DNA of 46,208 bases. Source: a virus. Under the pieces are notes generated by a model, which saw nothing but the letters and a program-made list of their open reading frames with translations, was not told the origin of the DNA and searched no databases. The stretch lies in IMG/VR virus record IMGVR_UViG_3300028883_000069. The stretch is one strand, 5' to 3'. Both the position numbers and the translations under genes were made by a program. Shown here piece by piece: positions 29,138-35,826 of the stretch; position 1 is the first letter of the stretch; the number at the start of each line of letters is the position of its first letter.

Positions 29138-29590
29138 CTAGAAAGGTAAATCGTTTTCTAAATCTACTCCTTCTTCTTTCATAGATTCTTTAGTAAACTC
29201 CATAGCTTCTTGCACTTCAGGGCTATTACCCTTAAAGATTACCTTTTCAAGTTTGGCAACCCTATCCTGTAGTTTTTTCACGTCTAGGGCTAAGGATTGT
29301 TTATCAGGTTTAGTCATTTGAAAGTTAAAGAACACTCTGCCATATTTCTCGGTCTTAGTGACTGCTCCAGTTAGGGTTGTCCCTATCTCCCAGTTAGAAG
29401 TATTGTCAAAGTAGTCAAAGTAGGTCATTTTCCCCTCGAAGTCTGGGTCGTCTACTGCTCTTGGGTCTATGTAAATATCTACTTTCTTAAAGGGATTACC
29501 CTTTGCACTCATATACTTTTCTCCGTTTTTGTCCTCTTCGCTCTTGTATATCTTTTGTATCTGAGCATTTTCTAATTTAATTTCGTCCAT
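29138..29590 (-). CDS. SSB-like protein (OB-fold candidate with acidic C-terminal DLPF tip)
   Basis: The C-terminus ...EEGVDLENDLPF mimics the D-(I/L)-P-F tip of bacterial and phage SSBs. It lies in the replication/recombination operon. Confidence 0.5.
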   Translation of the reverse strand: MDEIKLENAQIQKIYKSEEDKNGEKYMSAKGNPFKKVDIYIDPRAVDDPDFEGKMTYFDYFDNTSNWEIGTTLTGAVTKTEKYGRVFFNFQMTKPDKQSLALDVKKLQDRVAKLEKVIFKGNSPEVQEAMEFTKESMKEEGVDLENDLPF

Positions 29591-29607
29591 TATTTTATTT
29601 GTTTAAT

Positions 29608-29982
29608 TTAAATGTTTTGCCACTCTAAAGAAAAGTTGTATAAATCATAGTAGTCTTGGTGTATAGGTTGTCCATAAATATCAGCAAAATACTCTGCTAT
29701 CTCAAAGACTGTAATATATCCCTCTGTCATGTTTGTCATACCAACCTCTAAATCATTAACATATCCCAAGGTTTCTTTTGTGTCTTTGTAAACTATCTTT
29801 TCTACCTCAATCTCTTTTATTTTAGGCTCACACTCAGGACATTCTTGGCACACTTCACATTTTTCGCACATCTCACACTGCTCACTACCTATTGAGCCTA
29901 CTGATACACCAAATAGAAATACAACGAATACACCTGCAAGTATTCCGAACACTTTTAACAGGACTTTAGTTTGATGAGTCAT
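29608..29982 (-). CDS. membrane-anchored protein with Cys ladder CEMCEKCEVCQECPEC
   Basis: N-terminal helix VLLKVFGILAGVFVVFLFGVSV, followed by six Cys residues at exact 3-residue spacing. Confidence 0.7.
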   Translation of the reverse strand: MTHQTKVLLKVFGILAGVFVVFLFGVSVGSIGSEQCEMCEKCEVCQECPECEPKIKEIEVEKIVYKDTKETLGYVNDLEVGMTNMTEGYITVFEIAEYFADIYGQPIHQDYYDLYNFSLEWQNI

Positions 29983-30328
29983 TTTGACCCTCCTTATAAT
30001 TTATATTGTTGTCCTCACATAGTTTATAAAGTCTTAGGACTTCAGACTTAGCCTTTTCAAATTTCTCGCCGTACTCTTCTGCTACCTCTTTGCGTACTTT
30101 GTCTATTAAGTCATTTCTTGTACTGCGTATTTCTTTAGAGAGTTTATCAAAATATTTCTTGACTAACTTCTCTACTGTTTCGCCCAATACATCTGCTCTA
30201 TCGTTTTCTTCAATATACTTAGATATACCCATAGTAATACCTACATTACTAAAAGGTATTCCTTCTATCGGCTCTTTGTAAACTGCTTCCGTCCATATCA
30301 ACTCTTTTCCTTCTGGTATTGTATTCAT
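29966..30328 (-). CDS. hypothetical protein (120 aa)
   Basis: ORF in the operon. Confidence 0.65.
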   Translation of the reverse strand: MNTIPEGKELIWTEAVYKEPIEGIPFSNVGITMGISKYIEENDRADVLGETVEKLVKKYFDKLSKEIRSTRNDLIDKVRKEVAEEYGEKFEKAKSEVLRLYKLCEDNNINYKEGQNDSSN

Positions 30329-30462
30329 TACATTGCCCCTAAGATATTAGATAAAACATTTACTATTAAAATGCCGTAAACCAAACTTACTCCTATGCCA
30401 ATAAACAGCATACCTATTAGCATAAACCACTGGGCTTCTAAGCCCTCATTAGTTTCTTTCAT
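30328..30462 (-). CDS. 44-aa single-pass membrane protein (MKETNEGLEAQWFMLIGMLFIGIGVSLVYGILIVNVLSNILGAM)
   Basis: Hand-translated. ATGA overlap with the upstream micro-ORF and TAATG overlap with the downstream gene. Below the ORF-track cut-off. Confidence 0.55.
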   Translation of the reverse strand: MKETNEGLEAQWFMLIGMLFIGIGVSLVYGILIVNVLSNILGAM

Positions 30463-30614
30463 TGTTCCCCCCTTATTAGTTTCCAAAAATAAGTCCAGTC
30501 TTCTTGTCTAAGACTTTCCATTTCAGCCAGTTTTACAAAAAACTTTGCAGGAATTGACTGAGCGTCCTTGAAGAGTAAATATGCTTCTCTTCTAAGCATT
30601 AGGTCTATATCCAT
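30459..30614 (-). CDS. 51-aa hypothetical protein (MDIDLMLRREAYLLFKDAQSIPAKFFVKLAEMESLRQEDWTYFWKLIRGEQ)
   Basis: Hand-translated. The stop overlaps the next ATG (ATGA), which argues for genuine coupled translation. Confidence 0.5.
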   Translation of the reverse strand: MDIDLMLRREAYLLFKDAQSIPAKFFVKLAEMESLRQEDWTYFWKLIRGEQ

Positions 30615-30906
30615 ACTACTACTTATATAATTTAAATAAACCTCCTTTTGCCCAGGTACCTTGTGAGTATCCAGACAAAGGGAACTGTACTTAAACAGTG
30701 ATCTAGGGAGGAGGAAATACTGTTAAAAACCTCCTCGCCTAGACGACCATTGGGGCAAGGGTGCCGTGGCTCATTACACCTTAGCACCAGCCGAATGTAA
30801 TATTTTGCTAATATTTTTTACTCCCCGTGCTTATCAGCATCCGTTTTTTCGGTTAATGACTTTGCTCCCCATTTTAAAGAACGGCAGTTTATAGTCTTAC
30901 TTAGGA
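30615..30906 (-). ncRNA. ORF-free, GC-enriched structured intergenic element (candidate ncRNA or riboregulator)
   Basis: 12-bp bulged hairpin CTAGGGAGGAGG (30702..30713) / CCTCCTCGCCTAG (30729..30741). Further stems (- strand sense) CCGTT/AACGG, GGTGC/GCACC and ACTGT/ACAGT. An AAAGGAGG box lies 27 nt from the nearest start codon. Confidence 0.3.
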
Positions 30907-31212
30907 CTAAAGGTCAGCAAATATGTCTATCGGATTACCACTTGCTAACTCTGACCTTTTTACCTGTACTTCTTCTACTGCTTGTAGTTCAGGGTGTACC
31001 TCTTGGACTTTACGCCTTGCTCTAGTAATACTTTCAAAAGTCGGTGCGTCTTCAAAGCCTTTATAATCTAACACAGTTATTACACCATACCTACCCTCGA
31101 CATTAATCAAACAATTCCTTCGTCTTAACACTTCCCATATCAAACTCTTATCTGAACTTCTAGTTTGTGGTGCCTTTATCAAAATGTCCTTAACTAAATC
31201 GTATAGTTTCAT
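30907..31212 (-). CDS. hypothetical protein (101 aa from ATG 31212)
   Basis: ATG 31212 forms an ATGA overlap with the upstream stop. The ORF track extends to 31251. Confidence 0.65.
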   Translation of the reverse strand: MKLYDLVKDILIKAPQTRSSDKSLIWEVLRRRNCLINVEGRYGVITVLDYKGFEDAPTFESITRARRKVQEVHPELQAVEEVQVKRSELASGNPIDIFADL

Positions 31213-31451
31213 TGCTCTGCCTCCTGCTTTGCTAACCTTATTTTCTCGCACACTTCTAAAATGCTCCCAAACTCAAGATGATCCTGCTCACTCATAGGCT
31301 CTAAGCCTACCTGTATCATGTACTCTGTTAAACTTCTATCAACTAAGTCTAACTCTTCTGGGGTAAATGACACTTTTACAAAATGTTCCTCTTCAGGTAA
31401 GTTTCCCCAATACTCACCATCTTCATTGAAATTTGCTGGTATATTATTCAC
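31209..31451 (-). CDS. hypothetical acidic protein (80 aa)
   Basis: ORF in the leftward operon. Confidence 0.65.
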   Translation of the reverse strand: MNNIPANFNEDGEYWGNLPEEEHFVKVSFTPEELDLVDRSLTEYMIQVGLEPMSEQDHLEFGSILEVCEKIRLAKQEAEQ

Positions 31452-31662
31452 TTCAGTATTATTTATAATTTATATAAACTAACCCATTTAAATCATGGTA
31501 ATATAAATACCTATATATGTCAAGTGTGCTTACAGTTAACATTGATGACTGTAAGCTGTTCACACTATGAGTAATTGTATATGTTGTCATACTACGGATA
31601 TTAAAAGGTTATATAAAAATGATCCATGCTATCCACTTTTAAAATAAATATTGTAAATAAAC

Positions 31663-31851
31663 TTACCTTCCTCTCCCTATTTCAAAGAACTTGACCACCA
31701 TGTTCCCTAATTCACCATTATTAAACATTATTTGGAAGTCTTTTAGGTTATAGATATTTTCCTGTGATATTGAAACACTAATCCAATCACTATCAGATAG
31801 CTCAAACCAGTTATCTAAATACTTATCAATATCTATTAGGTATGCATTCAT
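31663..31851 (-). CDS. hypothetical protein (62 aa)
   Basis: ORF following the 53-aa micro-ORF after a 7-nt gap. Confidence 0.55.
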   Translation of the reverse strand: MNAYLIDIDKYLDNWFELSDSDWISVSISQENIYNLKDFQIMFNNGELGNMVVKFFEIGRGR

Positions 31852-31858
31852 ATTATTA

Positions 31859-32020
31859 CTAATTAAAAATTATATAGTTGGCATATGTTGAAATGCCAAT
31901 TGCTATTAGTAGCGTTAAAATACAAAAGGCAATGTAAACCCTCAAAGCGATCACGCCAAATCTTTGGCGATTAATATTATGCTTTAGAGTTGCATAACCT
32001 CTTGGAGTTGTTGGTAACAT
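31859..32020 (-). CDS. 53-aa membrane protein, first ORF of the leftward early operon (MLPTTPRGYATLKHNINRQRFGVIALRVYIAFCILTLLIAIGISTYANYIIFN)
   Basis: Hand-translated. It starts about 23 nt downstream of the predicted TSS of the 32078 promoter. It has a basic N-terminus and a hydrophobic C-terminal helix. The RBS is weak. Confidence 0.45.
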   Translation of the reverse strand: MLPTTPRGYATLKHNINRQRFGVIALRVYIAFCILTLLIAIGISTYANYIIFN

Positions 32021-32049
32021 ATACAGTATTATTTAATAATTTAACATTA

Positions 32050-32078
32050 CAATATACCATTAATACACATATGTGTCA
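32050..32078 (-). promoter_or_regulatory. leftward early promoter TTGACA-N17-TATATT
   Basis: On the - strand: TTGACA (32078..32073), 17-nt spacer CATATGTGTATTAATGG, TATATT (32055..32050). Both hexamers are identical to those of the 24135 promoter. Confidence 0.7.
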
Positions 32079-32651
32079 AGTATAATATATTAATATACAA
32101 TAGGTTATAGTATTACTTATATATTACATATATATATAGTTGTAAATATAATCGATTGTTTTACTATTCTTGCGCATTAATACCTTGCTATTTACTCTCT
32201 CATACTGTCAACTGTTAGTAAGTACCTATATATTATCTAATCAGTTTTTAGATCCTTTTAAAGTGTTCAACGGTTGGGTTATATTTTTCGCCGTCTTCGT
32301 ATTTTGCTTACTGTTACCCTATTAAAAGAACATATCATGTTACTTATAAGCATATGTTAAGTTGTAGTTGTATATCCTTTAACGCTCTTTTCCTTTACTT
32401 ACAACATCTTTTACACTTGCCGCAATAGTAATATGCTCTAATTATGCTTATAAGAACACCAACAAGCCTTTCATAATAAACCTAACACTCTTTTTTGTTG
32501 GTAGGTAGCCACCTTGTAGCCACCAAGTATAAGCCCCATTATACTCGATGGTAGGGGGTGGGGGGGTGTAATAATTGGCGGTATTAAAAGAAAAAATATG
32601 GGTACCCTTCCCTCCCAAAATATAGGGATAAACGTGACTATTGTTAGTATA

Positions 32652-32700
32652 GACTAGTATATACTGATATGTATTGATTGATATTGACTAGTATATACTG
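32652..32700. promoter_or_regulatory. two copies of GACTAGTATATACTG (core palindrome AGTATATACT), 34 bp apart; candidate operator of the RHH regulator
   Basis: Exact 15-mers at 32652..32666 and 32686..32700. The second overlaps the -35 and spacer of the putative rightward promoter. Confidence 0.6.
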
Positions 32701-32712
32701 GTATGCAATAAT
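32684..32712 (+). promoter_or_regulatory. candidate rightward promoter TTGACT-N17-AATAAT
   Basis: TTGACT at 32684..32689 and AATAAT at 32707..32712, 31 nt upstream of ATG 32744. Confidence 0.45.
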
Positions 32713-32743
32713 GGTATGGATAAATTAATACGGCGGGGAAAAG

Positions 32744-33145
32744 ATGGAGACGAAAAGAGTAATGATAAGTATGCCTGAGGAGGTGTACGACAAGTTAGAG
32801 CAGGACAGGGGGAGTATACCGCGCAGTACGTACATACAGGATTTGGTGGTAGGCAGGAGGGACAGTAAGGCAGTGGATACTGTTGTGGATAACTCTGGAG
32901 CAGATTTAAGTCAGGCGGAGAGGGATTTAGCGGAGGTATTTGATGATGTAGACGGTATTGAGCAGTATGCGGGTTTGATAGCGCAGATAAAGAGGATAGA
33001 GGACCCTGATTTTCAGGCGGATTCAGAGGACGTTAGGGAGGTGAGCAAATTGATAAGGGAGGCGGGATTGAGTTATAATAGGAGTAAGAGGATGTTATGG
33101 AAGCAAGATGGGGATAAGTGGGAGTTAATTTATGATTTTAATTAG
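32744..33145 (+). CDS. ribbon-helix-helix (CopG/Arc/MetJ-type) DNA-binding protein
   Basis: N-terminus KRVMISMPEEVYDKLEQDRGSIPRSTYIQDLV has the beta-strand then helix-helix RHH signature. Confidence 0.75.
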   Translation: METKRVMISMPEEVYDKLEQDRGSIPRSTYIQDLVVGRRDSKAVDTVVDNSGADLSQAERDLAEVFDDVDGIEQYAGLIAQIKRIEDPDFQADSEDVREVSKLIREAGLSYNRSKRMLWKQDGDKWELIYDFN

Positions 33146-33147
33146 AT

Positions 33148-33990
33148 ATGTCCAACAAATTCTGGGTTGGTGGTACAGGAGATTGGAGTGATACAGACCA
33201 TTGGGCTAGCACTAGTGGTGGAAGTTCTCCTGAAGTTTGTGACAGTTATAGTGAGAGTAATTATAGCAATATTTGTTCTATAGTTTATTCGGCTTATCCC
33301 GAAAGAGGACAGTCTTTTGAAGGAAATGGTGGAACATTAAATAGTGTTAAATTTTATATTGAAAAAAACGGTAGTCCAACTGGTAATTGCTATGCTAAAA
33401 TATATGCACATACTGGAACCTTTGGAACATCATCCGTTCCTACAGGTTCCGTATTGGCAACAAGCGATGCCCTTGATGTGTCTACCCTAGCAACATCTTT
33501 TGCATTAACAACTTTTACATTTTCTGGTGATGATAAGATAACCTTAACTGATGGAACATACTATTGTGTCTTATTAAGTTATAGCGGGGGTGATTCTTCT
33601 AATAGGTTATTTTTAGCAGAGGACTATAGCACCCCAACTCACGGCGGAAACAATCTGTACTACAAAACTAGTGAGACAGCTTGGAAGTATGATGCTGATT
33701 ATGATGTGTGTTTCTATGTTTATACAGATGAAGATACTTCTGGTGCTTCTATCCCTACAAGTAGTGATGATGTGTTCATAGATGAAAACAGTGGGTTTGG
33801 TAGTGGGGGAACGATAACTTTGGATGAGTCTCTATCTTCTTGTAATGATTTCACATGTAATTCAGGGGACAGTTTTACCATTGAGACAGGTCAGGCAGAT
33901 TATGATTTATATGTACAGGGGGATTTTACATTAGAGTCTGGTGTTACCTGGGGTGTAGATAAAGTATTTTTTGGAATAGTACTATCATGA
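33148..33990 (+). CDS. beta-helix repeat protein, N-terminal portion (WVGGTGDWSDTDHWASTSGG family) with an inserted domain of about 170 aa
   Basis: It has the N-terminal signature and the PTSSDDVFIDENSG motif of this family but lacks the family C-terminus. Confidence 0.7.
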   Translation: MSNKFWVGGTGDWSDTDHWASTSGGSSPEVCDSYSESNYSNICSIVYSAYPERGQSFEGNGGTLNSVKFYIEKNGSPTGNCYAKIYAHTGTFGTSSVPTGSVLATSDALDVSTLATSFALTTFTFSGDDKITLTDGTYYCVLLSYSGGDSSNRLFLAEDYSTPTHGGNNLYYKTSETAWKYDADYDVCFYVYTDEDTSGASIPTSSDDVFIDENSGFGSGGTITLDESLSSCNDFTCNSGDSFTIETGQADYDLYVQGDFTLESGVTWGVDKVFFGIVLS

Positions 33991-34712
33991 GAACAATAAC
34001 GACAGCAGGGGTTATATTAAAAGATGTAGAGTTTAAGTTCTCTGAAGACGATATTCAATTAGGGGACGACTTAGAGTGTGACTTATTTGAAATTGACGGT
34101 TTTGGCGGAGATTTTGATGCTAACGACCACAACCTTACGGCTGAGGGGTTTCATTTTTATTCTAATAATCTTCGCTCTCCCACAGTTGTTATGGGTAGTG
34201 GTACTTGGCAGGGTGGTGCAGCAGATGCTTGGTATATAAAAGAATCTGGTGGGTCAGTAACAATAACCCCTGAAACGTCTACGATAAAATTGGTAGGGAC
34301 AGGTGAGGAGTGTAGGTTTGATAATGATTGGGCAAGTAAGACCTATAATAATATATGGGTTGTAGCTAGTGGAACAAACTACCACATAGAGGGTTCTAAT
34401 ACATTTAATGAGTTTAAAATAACAGGGAGTGGAAGTGTAAAGTTTTTGGGGGAAGGGACTACAACAGTTACCACCTTTGTTGCAGAGGGAACAGATGAAG
34501 GTTTAATAACTTTAGATAATACTGGTGGTGTAGATCAATTTATTCTTTCCTGTGCTTCAGGAATAATAGAATGTGATTATTTAGATATAAGTAATTCTAA
34601 TGCAACTGGTGGTGCAAGGTGGTTTGCTGGGGCAAATTCGATTGATACTGAAAACAATGATGGGTGGATATTTACTGACCGTAAGTATCCGTTGCCACCA
34701 TTTCGCTCTTAA
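33987..34712 (+). CDS. beta-helix repeat protein, C-terminal portion (ends ...ATGGARWFAGANSIDTENNDGWIF)
   Basis: It has the family C-terminal signature. It starts by ATGA overlap, 15 nt after a T6 tract. Confidence 0.7.
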   Translation: MRTITTAGVILKDVEFKFSEDDIQLGDDLECDLFEIDGFGGDFDANDHNLTAEGFHFYSNNLRSPTVVMGSGTWQGGAADAWYIKESGGSVTITPETSTIKLVGTGEECRFDNDWASKTYNNIWVVASGTNYHIEGSNTFNEFKITGSGSVKFLGEGTTTVTTFVAEGTDEGLITLDNTGGVDQFILSCASGIIECDYLDISNSNATGGARWFAGANSIDTENNDGWIFTDRKYPLPPFRS

Positions 34713-34717
34713 ACAAC

Positions 34718-34790
34718 GCTCCTGTAGCTTAGCTGGTAAAGCATTCGCCCTGTAAGCGAAAGTGCGAAGGTTCGATTCCTCGCAGGAGCT
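34718..34790 (+). tRNA. tRNA, anticodon UGU (Thr) by hand-folding; atypical C33
   Basis: Acceptor GCTCCTG/CAGGAGC, U8, D-arm GCTT-AGCTGGTA-AAGC, anticodon stem TTCGC/GCGAA, loop CCTGTAA, T-loop GGTTCGATTCC, no encoded CCA. Caveats: C at position 33, and two unpaired positions at the base of the T stem. Confidence 0.75.
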
Positions 34791-34819
34791 CTCTTATTTA
34801 ATTTTAGCCGATAGTAAAA

Positions 34820-35074
34820 ATGCTCAAACCGTTAGGAGAAAGAGTCCTTATACAACAAGACGAAGAACGAAAGATTGGGAGTATAGTGTTACCTCAAAAC
34901 GTCTTGGAAAACAAGATAGTGATTTCGGGTGTTGTAAAGGAGGTTGGAGATACAAAAACACTTAAAAAAGGTTATAGGGTGTATTATAGGAAATTTGTTG
35001 CACACGAGTTAGAAAAGGACGACAAGAAGTACAGCATAATTAAGGAGGAGGACATTTTAGCATACGAGAGATAA
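34820..35074 (+). CDS. groES: GroES/Cpn10-like co-chaperonin
   Basis: MLKPLGERVLIQQDEERKIGSIVLP...ISGVVKEVGD...GYRVYYRKF...YSIIKEEDILA aligns by eye along the whole length with the bacterial GroES pattern. Confidence 0.8.
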   Translation: MLKPLGERVLIQQDEERKIGSIVLPQNVLENKIVISGVVKEVGDTKTLKKGYRVYYRKFVAHELEKDDKKYSIIKEEDILAYER

Positions 35075-35075
35075 T

Positions 35076-35369
35076 TTGAGTTTACTGCCTATGTTAACTC
35101 AGTGGAGGTACAAAATAACGCAGAAGTTCACCGTAGAGGGTGGGAAGATCTACGGGGCTAAGAGAACGGACTATTATTTGCATACCAAGCCTCGTCCAGA
35201 CGACGTATATCTTTACAAACCTTCTGGAAAAAAGTATGATTATGTAGATTACACAGGTAGTGGTAAGCACCTAGGAGTAACATGTTGCGACAAGACCACT
35301 ATGTTAGAGTTCCTAGGGTATATTAAGTACGTTGAAAGGAAGAGCCTTGATGAGTCTGGCCTTAAGTAA
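35076..35369 (+). CDS. hypothetical protein (97 aa; TTG start, alternative ATG 35091)
   Basis: ORF between groES and the small terminase gene. Confidence 0.55.
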   Translation: MSLLPMLTQWRYKITQKFTVEGGKIYGAKRTDYYLHTKPRPDDVYLYKPSGKKYDYVDYTGSGKHLGVTCCDKTTMLEFLGYIKYVERKSLDESGLK

Positions 35370-35826
35370 CAAAATAGAAGCCTACAAAAAGTCTCAGAAC
35401 TTGTCCAAGTGGGACGAGACGAGTATACGCAAGGAGTGTAGACGTTTAGAAAACGCCTTAGGTATGGACAAATACGACATAGAGCCCAAGCAGTACAAAA
35501 TGCTGCGTAAAATTTCCGAGGATTTAAAGATTGGTGAGAAGGTAGACTTGCAGGCTGCTGCACGTTGGGCTGGGTATCCTGACTGGCAGGTAAAACGACC
35601 AGAGACGGCGATACTGAGAAATATTCCCAACGCATTATTTAACGAGGTGGTAGGGATTAACAGAAACGAGATAGAAATGGAGTTGGTCAAGGTTATGAAG
35701 CAAGACGATAATTTGAACGCAAAAAATCGGGCGATAGAGCTTGCTGCCAGAATTACTGGTATGAGTGAGCCTGAGAAGGGGTTACAAATTAATATAGTTA
35801 ACGACGGTATTACCGTAGCAGATTAA
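35350..35826 (+). CDS. terS: terminase small subunit
   Basis: AAARWAGYPDWQVKRPETAILRNIPNALFNEVV and NAKNRAIELAARITGM resemble small-terminase (Terminase_2-like) motifs. It lies upstream of terL. The ORF track starts at TTG 35332. Confidence 0.6.
   Translation: MSLALSNKIEAYKKSQNLSKWDETSIRKECRRLENALGMDKYDIEPKQYKMLRKISEDLKIGEKVDLQAAARWAGYPDWQVKRPETAILRNIPNALFNEVVGINRNEIEMELVKVMKQDDNLNAKNRAIELAARITGMSEPEKGLQINIVNDGITVAD

Noticed and set aside
31520-31566. Second leftward TTGACA box (- strand, 31530..31525) and an 8-bp inverted repeat CTTACAGT/ACTGTAAG in the 31452..31662 gap, considered as a promoter/operator
   Set aside because: The best TATATT-like -10 lies only 12 nt from the -35, which is too short. 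The hexamer at 17 nt is TACCAT. It may still be a regulated or weak promoter, but I cannot support it from sequence alone.
34762-34965. 67-aa ORF overlapping the 3' end of the tRNA and the start of groES
   Set aside because: It starts inside the tRNA, is out of frame with the well-supported GroES-like ORF, and has no protein-like features.
35249-35690. - strand ORFs (35249..35635, 35394..35690) opposite the small terminase gene
   Set aside because: They are antisense to a gene with recognisable terminase-small motifs, and no other - strand gene lies within 3 kb.
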